DNA of 64,000 nucleotides from contig CAZMCQ010000004.1 in assembly GCA_964565195.1 (NCBI GenBank), positions 64,133 through 128,132 on the forward strand, in the 5' to 3' direction. Position numbers and translations under genes: made by a program. The notes beneath the pieces are model-generated. The model was not told the origin of the DNA. It saw only the letters and a program-made list of their open reading frames with translations, and searched no databases. The DNA is from an uncultured Candidatus Saccharibacteria bacterium (GTDB lineage Bacteria > Patescibacteriota > Doudnabacteria > UBA920 > 2-01-FULL-46-14). This document shows positions 1-9,837 of this stretch, piece by piece (position 1 is the stretch's first letter; each line of letters starts with the position of its first letter).

Positions 1-812
1 GGACACTGAAAAACATCGGCTTCGACCAGGCGTCGTTCTATATGCTCTGCCCGCTGCCGGGATCGCAGGATCACATGCAGATGCAGGCGGCGAAAAAGTG
101 GATGGATCCCGATTTCAACCGGTACGACTCGTTTCAGCCGGCCATGCGCCATCCGCTCATGAGTGCGCAGCAGTGGCAGGAGGCCTACGACAACGCCTGG
201 CGGGAATTCTACACCACGGAGCATCTGGTCTCGGTGCTCTCCCGGGTCAACCCCGGCAACTACTGGGGTGCGATGCGCACCTTTTTGTGGTACCGATGGT
301 CAGCGCTCCGCGAGGGGGTGCACCCGATGCTTGGAGGATTCTACCGACGCCGCTGCCGGCAAGACCGTCGTCCGGGTTTGGAAAAAGAGTCTCGACTGGA
401 ATTTTGGACCAGTGAGCTGCATCGCCACATCCGGTACGTCATTTCTCTTGCGCGCGAGTATTATTTTTTCCAGGATGTCTATTTCCAAACGAGGTGGATG
501 CCGACGATTCGCAAACGCACGGCGCATGTTGCTGACGTGCACCGGCGGCTGCGCATCGCGCGCTTCGTGATGAGGGTCCGTGTCCGGACCTACTCGGCGA
601 GCATTCAGCGATCCACGTGGTTTGGCCGAACGTTTGGGAGAGCAGCACACCGGAACTGGCTCGATTCCTTCTGGAGAGAATACGCGCGGCTCAAGTGGCG
701 CCTCGTCCTGCCTCACAAGTTCCACTGGCATGCGAGGATGCTTAGTTGCGTGCTCGCGGAATGTTGCTACTGGGTGCGGTTTAACGCCGCGCTGTTCCGA
801 GCAAAACTCTAG
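1..812 (+). CDS. C-terminal part of a probable radical SAM (B12-binding class) protein; 5'-truncated by the window
   Basis: Frame open from nt 3 (TLKNIGFDQASFYMLCPLPGSQDH...DPDFNRYD); PLPGS/DxxRYD resembles the end of a radical SAM barrel; CxxxCxxC not in window. Confidence 0.55.
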   Translation, partial: TLKNIGFDQASFYMLCPLPGSQDHMQMQAAKKWMDPDFNRYDSFQPAMRHPLMSAQQWQEAYDNAWREFYTTEHLVSVLSRVNPGNYWGAMRTFLWYRWSALREGVHPMLGGFYRRRCRQDRRPGLEKESRLEFWTSELHRHIRYVISLAREYYFFQDVYFQTRWMPTIRKRTAHVADVHRRLRIARFVMRVRVRTYSASIQRSTWFGRTFGRAAHRNWLDSFWREYARLKWRLVLPHKFHWHARMLSCVLAECCYWVRFNAALFRAKL

Positions 813-831
813 GCAGTTAGCTTCCAACGCG

Positions 832-867
832 GGGTCGTACAAAGCTTACCTTGTACGACCCTTTTTT
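832..867 (+). terminator. Rho-independent terminator
   Basis: GGGTCGTACAA/TTGTACGACCC stem + T6. Confidence 0.8.
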
Positions 868-884
868 ATGATCAGCGCAAGGAT

Positions 885-913
885 TTGACTAGCACCCGCG
901 AGTTTGCTATCAT
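885..913 (+). promoter_or_regulatory. sigma70 promoter of str operon
   Basis: TTGACT-N17-TATCAT with extended TG. Confidence 0.65.
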
Positions 914-922
914 GTTTTCACA

Positions 923-950
923 CCCACCTACGCTAAAGCTACGGCGGGCA
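923..950 (+). repeat. short palindromic (REP-like) element in rpsL leader
   Basis: CCCACCTACGCTAAAGCTACGGCGGGCA imperfect hairpin. Confidence 0.45.
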
Positions 951-1030
951 GCAGTACGAGGCTTCGACGTTTGAAACACAGTCAGACGGCGATAATACCG
1001 CGTATTTTTTATTGAAATCATTCATCTAAG

Positions 1031-1447
1031 TTGCCAACAATCAATCAATTGGTCCGCAAGGGCCGCCATAGTCTCAAACGCAAGTCGAAGTCACCCACGC
1101 TTCAGACGGCTTTTAATTTGATCAAAAATCAGCCCGTGGACCTGCCGAAAGGTTCGCCGTTTAAGCGCGGCGTCTGTATCAAGGTGACCACGACCACGCC
1201 GAAGAAACCGAATTCCGCGCTCCGCAAGATCGCCCGCGTTAGATTAACCAACGGCCAGGAAGTGACGGCCTATATCCCGGGCGTGGGGCATAATCTGCAG
1301 GAGCACTCGGTGGTTTTGATCCGCGGCGGCCGCGTTAAGGACCTGCCGGGCGTGCGCTATCATATTGTGCGCGGCAAACTCGATGCCGCCGGCGTGGAGG
1401 CGCGCAAGCGCGGCCGCAGCAAATATGGAGCGAAACGGCCGAAATAA
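1031..1447 (+). CDS. rpsL: 30S ribosomal protein uS12
   Basis: [36 protein letters not shown]; TTG start. Confidence 0.98.
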   Translation: MPTINQLVRKGRHSLKRKSKSPTLQTAFNLIKNQPVDLPKGSPFKRGVCIKVTTTTPKKPNSALRKIARVRLTNGQEVTAYIPGVGHNLQEHSVVLIRGGRVKDLPGVRYHIVRGKLDAAGVEARKRGRSKYGAKRPK

Positions 1448-1547
1448 AGTGGAAAAAATTTCTATAAATTTCGCGAAGCAAATTTCAGTTATTTCCTGAA
1501 ATAAATAGAAATTCATTGAAACTGGTAGAAACTTATTGTTATAAATC

Positions 1548-2033
1548 ATGCCAAGGAAGTCAAGATTATATAAACGTCATAAGATCGCTCCTGACCCGCG
1601 CTACAACAACGCCAAAGTAGCGAAGTTTATCAACCACATTATGGAGCGCGGCAAAAAGACGGTCGCACAAAGAATCGTTTACAGCGCTTTTGATTACATC
1701 AAAGAGCAGCTCAAAACCGAGCCGCGCCAGATTTTTGATGCGGCCCTCAAAAACGCGAGCCCCATTCTGGAAGTGAAAAGCCGCCGCATCGGCGGCGCCA
1801 ACTACCAGGTGCCGCTGGAGGTTGTCGAGCCGCGCAAAACCACGCTTGGCATGCGCTGGCTGATTGGCGCCGCGAGGAGCAAAAAAGGCAAAGCGATGCA
1901 TTTGAAACTGGCCGAAGAGATCATGGCTGCTGCGAAAAACGAGGGTGGGGCGATTAAAAAGAAAGAAGATACCCATCGCATGGCCGAGGCCAATCGCGCC
2001 TTTGCCCATTTCGCGCGGTTCTCAAGAAGGTAG
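1548..2033 (+). CDS. rpsG: 30S ribosomal protein uS7
   Basis: [23 protein letters not shown]. Confidence 0.98.
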   Translation: MPRKSRLYKRHKIAPDPRYNNAKVAKFINHIMERGKKTVAQRIVYSAFDYIKEQLKTEPRQIFDAALKNASPILEVKSRRIGGANYQVPLEVVEPRKTTLGMRWLIGAARSKKGKAMHLKLAEEIMAAAKNEGGAIKKKEDTHRMAEANRAFAHFARFSRR

Positions 2034-2065
2034 TACGAACTACGAACAATTACGAATCTACGAAC
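2033..2065 (+). repeat. TACGAA-unit 33-nt dispersed element
   Basis: GTACGAACTACGAACAATTACGAATCTACGAAC; related copies at 13356, 54616 and (reverse) 54683. Confidence 0.8.
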
Positions 2066-2067
2066 AG

Positions 2068-4182
2068 ATGACAAGAGAAATTCCTATCGAACAGACGAGA
2101 AACATCGGGATTATTGCCCACATTGACGCCGGCAAAACTACTGTGACGGAAGGTATTTTGTATAACACTGGTTTGAAGCACACGATTGGCCTGGTGCACG
2201 AGGGCGAGACGACCACGGATTGGATGGAGCAGGAGCGGGAGCGCGGCATCACCATTACGGCCGCGGCCGTAACCTGCTACTGGAACCCTTCGGCGGGCTC
2301 GGGGCAGAAGCACAAGATCAATATCATTGATACGCCCGGCCACGTGGACTTCACAGTCGAGGTCGAGCGCTCCCTGCGCGTGCTCGACGGCGCGGTCGTG
2401 GTTTTCGACGGCAAGATGGGGGTGGAGCCGCAGAGCGAGACAGTCTGGCGGCAGGCCGACAAATACCACGTGCCGCGCTTGTGCTTCATCAACAAGATCA
2501 ACCAGACGGGCGGCGATTTTTATAAAAGCCTGGACTCCATTCACCGCCGGCTTTCAGTCGATGCCTTCCCCATTCAACTGCCGATCGGTTTTGAAAAAGA
2601 TGTCTCGGGCTTTGCGGATCTCGTGCAGATGAAGGCCTATACTTACAAAGATTATACCGATAGAGATTTCACGGTCGGCGAGATTCCAGCTGACCTGAAA
2701 TCTCGCGCCGAAGAGTATCGCCGCAAGCTTTTGGAAAAAGTCGTGGAGAGCGATGACGCTATTTTGGAGAAATATTTGGCTGGTCAGGAGATCTCGGAAG
2801 CGGAATTTCTCACAGCCATCCGCAAGTCGGTGATGGGCGGGAAGTTCTTCCCGGTGCTCGGCGGCGATGGGCGCGGCGTGATCGTGCAGAGTATTCTCGA
2901 CGCCGTCGCCAACTTTTTGCCATCCCCGCTCGATCGCGGCGCGGTGAAAGGCAGCGAGCCGAAAACCGGCGCTGAAATCGAGCGCAAACCCGATGACGGC
3001 GAGCCGTTCTCGGCCCTCGCCTTCAAGATCGCCACTGACCCGTTTGTCGGCAAACTGGCGTTTTTCCGTGTTTATTCTGGCACACTCGCCGCCGGCTCTT
3101 ATGTCTTAAATACCCGCAGCGGCAACAAAGAGCGCGTCGGCCGCATCGTGCGTATGCATGCCAATGACCGCCAGGAAGTGAAGGAGGTCTTTGCCGGCGA
3201 CATTGCCGCGCTGGTTGGTCCGAAGGATACATTTACTGGTGATACGCTTTGCGACGTGGACAAGCCCATAATTTTGGAAACCATTATCTTCCCGGAGCCG
3301 GTCATCTCCCAGGCCATTGAGCCCCGGACCAAGGCCGACCAGGAGAAGATGGGGCTAGCACTTCAGAAACTCGGCGAGGAAGACCCGACGTTCCATATCA
3401 AAACCGACGAGGAGACGGCGCAGACCATCATCTCGGGCATGGGTGAGCTGCACCTGGAGATCATCGTGGACCGCATGAAGCGCGAGTTCAAGGTCGAGGC
3501 CAATGTCGGTGCGCCGCAGGTGGCTTACAAAGAGACGTTCAAAAAGACCGTGGAAGTGGAAGGCAAATACATCCGTCAGACCGGCGGCCGCGGCCAGTAC
3601 GGCCACGTCTGGCTGCGCCTCGAGCCGCAGGAGCGAGGGCGCGGCCGCGAGTTTTTGGATGAGATCGTGGGCGGTATCATCCCGCGCGAATACATTCCGG
3701 CCATTCAAAAGGGTATAATGGAAGCGGCGGACAATGGCGTCATTGCCGGCTTTCCGGTCGTGGATTTCAAAGCCGCCGCCTATGACGGCAGCTACCATGA
3801 GGTGGACTCATCCGAGATCGCCTTCAAGATCGCGGCCAGCAAAGCGTTCCAGGAAGGCATGCGCCGCGCCGCGCCGGTCATCCTCGAGCCGATCATGAAA
3901 ATCGAGGTCAACGTGCCCGAGGAATTTATGGGCGATGTCATCGGCGATATTTCCGCCAAGCGCGGCCAGGTGAGGGAGATGCATGAGCGCGGCCGCGCCA
4001 AGGTGATTGACGCCGAGGTGCCGCTGGGCGAGATGTTCGGCTACGCCACGACGATCCGCTCGATGTCCCAGGGCCAGGCCTCCTACACTATGGAATTCTC
4101 GCACTACGCCGAGGTGCCGAAAAGCATTGCCGAGAAGATCATCGGCGAGGGGCAGAAAATCAGAGTCGGGCAGAATAGATAG
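2068..4182 (+). CDS. fusA: Elongation factor G (atypical G4/G5 motifs)
   Basis: [50 protein letters not shown]; start ATG 2068. Confidence 0.97.
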   Translation: MTREIPIEQTRNIGIIAHIDAGKTTVTEGILYNTGLKHTIGLVHEGETTTDWMEQERERGITITAAAVTCYWNPSAGSGQKHKINIIDTPGHVDFTVEVERSLRVLDGAVVVFDGKMGVEPQSETVWRQADKYHVPRLCFINKINQTGGDFYKSLDSIHRRLSVDAFPIQLPIGFEKDVSGFADLVQMKAYTYKDYTDRDFTVGEIPADLKSRAEEYRRKLLEKVVESDDAILEKYLAGQEISEAEFLTAIRKSVMGGKFFPVLGGDGRGVIVQSILDAVANFLPSPLDRGAVKGSEPKTGAEIERKPDDGEPFSALAFKIATDPFVGKLAFFRVYSGTLAAGSYVLNTRSGNKERVGRIVRMHANDRQEVKEVFAGDIAALVGPKDTFTGDTLCDVDKPIILETIIFPEPVISQAIEPRTKADQEKMGLALQKLGEEDPTFHIKTDEETAQTIISGMGELHLEIIVDRMKREFKVEANVGAPQVAYKETFKKTVEVEGKYIRQTGGRGQYGHVWLRLEPQERGRGREFLDEIVGGIIPREYIPAIQKGIMEAADNGVIAGFPVVDFKAAAYDGSYHEVDSSEIAFKIAASKAFQEGMRRAAPVILEPIMKIEVNVPEEFMGDVIGDISAKRGQVREMHERGRAKVIDAEVPLGEMFGYATTIRSMSQGQASYTMEFSHYAEVPKSIAEKIIGEGQKIRVGQNR

Positions 4183-4203
4183 CTTATAGGAGATAGCTTA
4201 TAG

Positions 4204-4485
4204 ATGAATCAAAACGAGTATCAAAATTTACTAGCGCTTCTAAAAATAACCGGCGGGAAGTATATCCTCGTCGAAGACGGGCAACCCAAGGCGGTTTTGA
4301 TGAGCTATGAGGAATTTTCTGACCTCGCCGTCCCGCGCATTGCCGGCGAGCTCGCGAACCGCGTGGAACAGATTAACCAGGAGATCACGCACGCCCAAGT
4401 TTTGGATCTGCGCGAGGAGGTGATCGCCGAGCCGGATTTACCCGTAGCCGCAGAAATCACCGTGGAGCCGCTTGACCTGCTCTAG
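4204..4485 (+). CDS. hypothetical protein with Phd/YefM-like N-terminal motif
   Basis: YILVEDGQPKAVLMSYEEF resembles the Phd/YefM GxPxAVLxSxEEY motif; acidic C-terminus. Confidence 0.55.
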   Translation: MNQNEYQNLLALLKITGGKYILVEDGQPKAVLMSYEEFSDLAVPRIAGELANRVEQINQEITHAQVLDLREEVIAEPDLPVAAEITVEPLDLL

Positions 4486-4546
4486 AGAATCTGTTATATT
4501 ATTTTCACGCCAATTTTTATTAACCAATTAATCCAAAGGAAAAACT

Positions 4547-5731
4547 ATGGCAGTAGGCAAGTTTGAACGCACCAAGCCGCACATCAACGTCGGCACGATC
4601 GGTCACGTGGACCACGGCAAAACGACTTTGACGGCAGCGATTACGCACTTTTTGGCCGGCAAAGGGCTCGCCAAGGAGCGCTCCTATGATTCGATTGACA
4701 ACGCGCCGGAAGAGAAAGAGCGCGGGATCACGATCAACACCTCGCACGTGGAGTACGAAACCGACAAGCGCCACTACGCGCACGTGGACGCGCCGGGACA
4801 CGCGGATTATATCAAAAACATGATCACCGGCGCCGCCCAGATGGATGGCGCAATTCTTGTGGTTTCCGCGGCCGACGGCCCGATGCCGCAGACCCGCGAG
4901 CACATTCTGCTCGCGCGGCAGGTGGGCGTGCCGCACCTCATCGTCTTTTTGAACAAAGTGGACATGGTGGATGACAAGGAGCTCGTTGACCTTGTCGAAG
5001 AGGAGGTCCGCGAACTTTTGAATAAATACGAATACCCGGGCAAAGACATTCCGGTGATCCGCGGCTCGGCTTTGAAAGCCATGGAAAACGACGTGGAAGC
5101 GCTCAAGGGGATTGAAGAGCTGGTGAACAAAATGGATGAGTACTTCCCGGAGCCGGTGCGCGACGTGGACAAGCCGTTCCTGATGCCGATTGAGGACATC
5201 TTCTCGATTGAAGGCCGCGGCACGGTCGTGACCGGCCGCATCGAGCGCGGGATGATCAAAGTCAACGACGAAGTGGAAATTGTCGGCCTCAAGGCAACGG
5301 CCAAAACCGTTGTCACCGGCATCGAGATGTTCAACAAATCGCTTGACGAGGGTCGCGCTGGCGATAATGCCGGCGTGCTCCTGCGCGGCACCAAAAAAGA
5401 AGAAGTGGAGCGCGGCCAGGTTTTGGCCAAACCCGGTTCCATCACGCCGCATGCCGAGTTTGAGGCGGAAGTTTATGTCCTGACCAAAGAGGAAGGTGGC
5501 CGCCACACGGCGTTCTTCACCGGCTACAAACCGCAGTTCTATATCCGTACGACTGACGTGACCGGCGAGGTGACCCTTGCGGCCGGCAAAGAAATGGTGA
5601 TGCCTGGCGACACTGTTTCGGTGACCATCAAACTCATCGCGCCCGTGGCGCTCGAAGAGAAGCAGCGCTTTGCCATCCGCGAGGGCGGCCACACGGTCGG
5701 CGCCGGCGCGGTGACGAAAATCCTCAAATAA
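4547..5731 (+). CDS. tuf: Elongation factor Tu
   Basis: [30 protein letters not shown]. Confidence 0.99.
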   Translation: MAVGKFERTKPHINVGTIGHVDHGKTTLTAAITHFLAGKGLAKERSYDSIDNAPEEKERGITINTSHVEYETDKRHYAHVDAPGHADYIKNMITGAAQMDGAILVVSAADGPMPQTREHILLARQVGVPHLIVFLNKVDMVDDKELVDLVEEEVRELLNKYEYPGKDIPVIRGSALKAMENDVEALKGIEELVNKMDEYFPEPVRDVDKPFLMPIEDIFSIEGRGTVVTGRIERGMIKVNDEVEIVGLKATAKTVVTGIEMFNKSLDEGRAGDNAGVLLRGTKKEEVERGQVLAKPGSITPHAEFEAEVYVLTKEEGGRHTAFFTGYKPQFYIRTTDVTGEVTLAAGKEMVMPGDTVSVTIKLIAPVALEEKQRFAIREGGHTVGAGAVTKILK

Positions 5732-5735
5732 TCGA

Positions 5736-6065
5736 ATGGCCAAAGCAGCGACAGAAGCGCCCTCAACCCGAATCAGGATAAAGATCCGCGCCTATGACCA
5801 CAAACTTATAGACCAAAGCGCGAAGCAAATCGTGGACACCGCCAAGCGCTCGGGCGCGACCATCGCGGGTCCCGTGCCGCTGCCGACCGAGAAGACGAAA
5901 TACACGGTCAATAAATCCACCTTCGTCCACAAGGATTCCCGCGACCAGTTCGAGATGCGCATCCACAAACGGCTCATTGACCTCTCTAACCCTACCCAAA
6001 AAACCATCGATGCCCTGACGAACCTGAATTTACCTGCCGGCGTGGACGTGGAAATTAAGATGTAA
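5736..6065 (+). CDS. rpsJ: 30S ribosomal protein uS10
   Basis: [29 protein letters not shown]. Confidence 0.98.
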   Translation: MAKAATEAPSTRIRIKIRAYDHKLIDQSAKQIVDTAKRSGATIAGPVPLPTEKTKYTVNKSTFVHKDSRDQFEMRIHKRLIDLSNPTQKTIDALTNLNLPAGVDVEIKM

Positions 6066-6070
6066 TAAAT

Positions 6071-6093
6071 AAACCGCCCGCAAGGGCGGTTTT
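6071..6093 (+). terminator. terminator after rpsJ
   Basis: AAACCGCCC-GCAA-GGGCGGTTTT. Confidence 0.85.
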
Positions 6094-6277
6094 AAGTTAT
6101 CCACGGCATTAAAACCGCTAGAGCATTTGACTGATAATCATTCGCGCGAATCGGTACATAGCCAGTTTTTGAGCAAAAAATCGAGCGCCGCTGTAAAAGT
6201 CGGCGCTCATTACGGTTTGAGGGTTTTTCATCAATTGTCTTCGTTTTGCTATAATACGAAAAACGACGGAGGTAATT

Positions 6278-6832
6278 ATGAGATATGTTGTCGGTTATGA
6301 CCGGGATTTTGCCACGCAATATTTCAGACGGAGCGTCCTACCCTTGCTCGCGCTGCCGCCATTTAAGGTTATCGCCGATGTGGAGCTGAACTACTTGGCG
6401 AGCAGGTTTGGCGAAGATGTCTGCGTTCCTTTGTATAATGAACTTGCACGCCCCCCGGAGCGGCACGCCATTGAGCTTTTGTTGGATATTAGAAAAGTGA
6501 GAGCGGACCGGCGGCTTAGTCAGATGGCTGAAGGGGCTGCCAACGGACTCCTTTTTTATCAGGGTTTGCCAGCGCGTGGTGGTTTGCGGAAACTTCGTCG
6601 GCTCGACATGAACCGTCGGCAAGTCGCAGTCCTTATCAAGAAACTATACAATCGCGCGGCATTGGCCAAATTTCGTACGAGTGACGAAAAAGGACTTTTC
6701 CACAGACTCAGCGAGCATATCCCCGAGTGGCTCGACCTCTTGTCGCTCATCCCGGGCAACGATTTTGTGGAGGTCCACGAGAGCTCCACGTCGCTACTGT
6801 TCGGGGTATCGCCCTCCACAAAAATCAACTAG
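6278..6832 (+). CDS. orphan hypothetical protein (184 aa)
   Basis: GGAGG SD, upstream TGCTATAAT, downstream terminator; no motif recognised. Confidence 0.6.
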   Translation: MRYVVGYDRDFATQYFRRSVLPLLALPPFKVIADVELNYLASRFGEDVCVPLYNELARPPERHAIELLLDIRKVRADRRLSQMAEGAANGLLFYQGLPARGGLRKLRRLDMNRRQVAVLIKKLYNRAALAKFRTSDEKGLFHRLSEHIPEWLDLLSLIPGNDFVEVHESSTSLLFGVSPSTKIN

Positions 6833-6837
6833 CTTTT

Positions 6838-6890
6838 GACCTTGGACTTTTCGCGCTTTCGGGCGCGGGGAGTCCAGGGTCTCTTTTTTT
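6838..6890 (+). terminator. long terminator hairpin
   Basis: GACCTTGGACTTTTCGCGC...GCGCGGGGAGTCCAGGGTC + T7. Confidence 0.7.
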
Positions 6891-6915
6891 CAAAAAAGTG
6901 GTAAAATTGATTTAT

Positions 6916-7290
6916 ATGATTATGGACAGACAGGAGTTTGAAAAATTGGTGGGGGAGGCGATTGAGGGGTTGCCGGAGCAGATTCGCGAGAAGATGGACA
7001 ATGTGGCGGTGGTGATTGAGGATTATCCAAAATCCAAACAGGGCGCTCTGCTCGGGCTTTATGAAGGCGTACCTCGGACGAAGCGGGGGCCGGGCTATAC
7101 TCTGGTTTTGCCGGACAAAATTACCATTTTCCAGAAATCCATCGAACAAATCGCCGCTACGCCCGAAGCGATCAGACAACAAGTGCGGCAAACCGTCTGG
7201 CACGAGATCGCGCACCACTTTGGGTTCAGCGAGGAAGGCGTGCAGGATCTCGCCAGGCGAAGGAAGGGCATTTCCCGGGACCGGACTTGA
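6916..7290 (+). CDS. minimal zincin (Zincin_1/DUF1025-like) metallopeptidase
   Basis: FEKLVGEAIEGLP, LLGLYEGVP, LPDKITIF, HEIAHHFG. Confidence 0.85.
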   Translation: MIMDRQEFEKLVGEAIEGLPEQIREKMDNVAVVIEDYPKSKQGALLGLYEGVPRTKRGPGYTLVLPDKITIFQKSIEQIAATPEAIRQQVRQTVWHEIAHHFGFSEEGVQDLARRRKGISRDRT

Positions 7291-7350
7291 CATTTTCGCG
7301 CCGCTGCGAGAAAATAGTATTGTAAATAATCATTAAACAAGGAACAAACC

Positions 7351-8118
7351 ATGAAACTTTCCCGAATTTTTGGCATTGCCGCCGTGATGACCCTGCTCGT
7401 CGGCGGTGTGCCGGTGTCTGCCGCTCACTCCTGGGGCAATTATCATTGGGCGCGGACAGCCAATCCCTTCACGCTGAAGCTTGGCGATAATGTTTCTTCT
7501 GCCTGGGATGACCAGTTGGGAGTCGCGTCGGCGGATTGGAGCTTGTCTTCGGTTTTGGATACGCAACTCACCGCCGGGGCAACTAATCCCAAAAACTGCC
7601 GACCGGCGAGCGGACGGGTAGAAGTCTGCAACAGCAAGTACGGCAAAAACGGCTGGCTTGGCGTGGCTTCCATCTGGATTTCCGGCAGCCACATTACCCA
7701 AGGCACGGTGAAGCTTAACGACACCTATTTTAACACGGCCCAATATAACACGCCGGCGTGGAGACAGTTTGTGATGTGTCAGGAGGTTGGCCATACCTTT
7801 GGCCTGGATCATCAGGATGAGAATTTTACCAATGCCAATCTCGGCAGCTGTATGGATTATACTAATGATCCGTCAACCAACCAGCATCCCAACCAGCATG
7901 ACTATGATCAGTTGGAGATAATCTATGAACATTTGGATAGCACCACGACCATTGCCTCCGCCGACCTTTCCAGCCCGGGCAAAGGCAATGATGTCGGTGA
8001 TGATCCGGCAAGCTGGGGGAAAGTTATCAAGCGCTCGGGCGATGGCAAAAGTTCGCTGCATGAAAAAGACCTGGGCCGCGGGGGCAAGGTCTTCACCTTT
8101 GTCATCTGGGCAGAATAA
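7351..8118 (+). CDS. secreted metzincin/matrixin-like peptidase with QExxHxxGxxH variant
   Basis: signal peptide (VSA-A), CQEVGHTFGLDH, Met-turn SCMDY. Confidence 0.75.
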   Translation: MKLSRIFGIAAVMTLLVGGVPVSAAHSWGNYHWARTANPFTLKLGDNVSSAWDDQLGVASADWSLSSVLDTQLTAGATNPKNCRPASGRVEVCNSKYGKNGWLGVASIWISGSHITQGTVKLNDTYFNTAQYNTPAWRQFVMCQEVGHTFGLDHQDENFTNANLGSCMDYTNDPSTNQHPNQHDYDQLEIIYEHLDSTTTIASADLSSPGKGNDVGDDPASWGKVIKRSGDGKSSLHEKDLGRGGKVFTFVIWAE

Positions 8119-8124
8119 ATCTCT

Positions 8125-8154
8125 AAAAAACCCTGCCAGAGAGCGGGGTTTTTT
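8125..8154 (+). terminator. terminator (possibly bidirectional)
   Basis: A6-CCCTGC...GCGGGG-T6. Confidence 0.75.
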
Positions 8155-8160
8155 CAAGGT

Positions 8161-9627
8161 ATGGACATAAAAAAACTTCTCTCGATAGGTATTGTTTTGA
8201 TTTTGGCCGCGGCGGCCTATATCTTTTTGCGACCGGCGAACAACCTCCCGGCGAACAACCTCCTTGGAAAAAACATCGCGATTTACGCCTATACTGTGGC
8301 AGGCAAATCCAATGGGGGAGCGAGCGTGGCCGTGCCCTTTACTATTGACGCTAAGGACAGCGGATTGCTAAATGCCGCGCTTGATTTCAATCACGATGGC
8401 AAAGTCGCGGCAGAAGAATGGGTGGTGCAAAATATCCGGCCGCGTGTCCAGAAAGACGGCCGCAACCTTTTGCATTTTACCCTGCCAGAGGGAATAGCCC
8501 TTGGCGATGACAAGATTGCGGTATTTGTTGCATTGGGGAAAGAGCCACTCACGAATTGGGACGGCACAAAAACAGGCGCGTCTTACCGGCAGACGCGAGC
8601 CAAAATTTCACCAGTCGAGCTGGGCGATGTTCTGGGCTTAAATGTTCCGGGCGCGGGGCCGGATGTGTATCGCGGCAGTAACGGATCGTTTTTGAAGGAA
8701 TTTGCGGGAATCTCCACGGCTCTGGCTGATCCGATTGATGTGCAGTCAGACCTCGAGATCCCGGATTACCCACAGGGCAATATGGAATGCGGCCCGACTT
8801 CGGCCGCGAACAATCTTACTGGACTCGCCGGCGCCAATGGCGCAGGTGATAGATTACCAACCAATCCGCGTGAGATAATTGATGAGCTGAAAACGGATAT
8901 GAATTTCAACAACGGCGTGATTGGGGCTGACAATTTTGTGAATGGCAAAAACGCGTTTACCAGCCGCCACCAGCTGCCGATCACCACGACGGTGATTGAG
9001 CGGCCCTCGGTTCAGGATATCGCGAGCGCCATTCAGAACGGCTGCGCGGTGGAGATGGACCTCGCGTTTGTGGAGGCGGTAAATGGGCGAGCGGGCCGGC
9101 ATGTGGCCAGCCACACGGTCACGGTGACCGGTGTTTACTCTGACGGCGCGGACAAGGCGATTTATGGTGCTGATTCGGCGACGCCTGACGGGGTGGAGAT
9201 CTGGCGCTTCTCTGACCGGGGCCCGAATTTGCAGCTTGGCTATCCTTTATGGGATGGCGCGACTGTGGTGATGCGCATCTTCGTGCAGTGCTGGACGCCG
9301 CCGGCACAACCAGACGAGTCGCGCACCGCGCCGCCGGAAGAACCGGAAGACCAGGCCGGAAGTGGCAAAGCAGTGGAGATGCTCGTGATCAACGGTGTGT
9401 ACTATCCCAAGTACCAATTTCGCGTGGCTAATCCGGATGCATGCGGACAGCCGCATTATCATGCTGCTACGGCTTATGGACTCTCGGGCCGCGATTCGCT
9501 GGAAGTGGTGAGCGCGCCTGATCCCAATCCCAGCGGCTGCGGCTTTGGCGCAGTCGCCGAGGTGCCGGTGGAGACGATTACCATTTCCCACGAACAATCC
9601 CTTGAGCTTGTCAAATACCTCTGGTAG
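8161..9627 (+). CDS. membrane-anchored papain-fold (C39-like) cysteine peptidase
   Basis: N-terminal TM; Q...CGPTSAAN, HTVTVTG, DS triad pattern; DFNHDG (GEVED-like); C-terminal C/H cluster. Confidence 0.6.
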   Translation: MDIKKLLSIGIVLILAAAAYIFLRPANNLPANNLLGKNIAIYAYTVAGKSNGGASVAVPFTIDAKDSGLLNAALDFNHDGKVAAEEWVVQNIRPRVQKDGRNLLHFTLPEGIALGDDKIAVFVALGKEPLTNWDGTKTGASYRQTRAKISPVELGDVLGLNVPGAGPDVYRGSNGSFLKEFAGISTALADPIDVQSDLEIPDYPQGNMECGPTSAANNLTGLAGANGAGDRLPTNPREIIDELKTDMNFNNGVIGADNFVNGKNAFTSRHQLPITTTVIERPSVQDIASAIQNGCAVEMDLAFVEAVNGRAGRHVASHTVTVTGVYSDGADKAIYGADSATPDGVEIWRFSDRGPNLQLGYPLWDGATVVMRIFVQCWTPPAQPDESRTAPPEEPEDQAGSGKAVEMLVINGVYYPKYQFRVANPDACGQPHYHAATAYGLSGRDSLEVVSAPDPNPSGCGFGAVAEVPVETITISHEQSLELVKYLW

Positions 9628-9636
9628 AATACATCC

Positions 9637-9765
9637 ATGATGGGATATGGAAACTTTGGGCAGATGATGGGCGGTGCGGGGTGGTTTGCGGGCCTCACGT
9701 GGCTCGTGGTGCTTATCGACCTCGTGCTGCTTGGCATCTGGCTCTGGAAGCAAATCCAAAAATAA
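9637..9765 (+). CDS. small membrane protein (42 aa, not in ORF track)
   Basis: MMGYGNFGQMMGGAGWFAGLTWLVVLIDLVLLGIWLWKQIQK; extended -10 6 nt upstream. Confidence 0.7.
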   Translation: MMGYGNFGQMMGGAGWFAGLTWLVVLIDLVLLGIWLWKQIQK

Positions 9766-9788
9766 ATTGAGAAAAAATAAATTGAGAT

Positions 9789-9817
9789 TTGACACCCTCC
9801 CCGGGTTGTATTAGAAT
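9789..9817 (+). promoter_or_regulatory. sigma70 promoter of rplC operon
   Basis: TTGACA-N17-TAGAAT. Confidence 0.8.
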
Positions 9818-9837
9818 TAATCAGGAATTAATTAAAT

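Noticed and set aside
2033-2065. TACGAA/AAGAAC arrays as CRISPR or LexA boxes
   Set aside because: No unique spacers or cas genes; spacing fits neither CGAAC-N4-GTTCG nor GAAC-N7-GAAC consistently
1945-2067. N-terminal extension of EF-G in the ORF track
   Set aside because: Overlaps rpsG and the repeat spacer; ATG 2068 gives the normal N-terminus
4520-5743. 407-aa antisense ORF over tuf (and similar shadows over r-protein genes, secY, mreB)
   Set aside because: Typical antisense shadow of GC-rich codon usage in conserved genes
6097-6105. TTATCCACG DnaA-box-like site (similar at about 22136, 51920, 54144)
   Set aside because: Isolated imperfect boxes; no cluster or dnaA, so not called oriC
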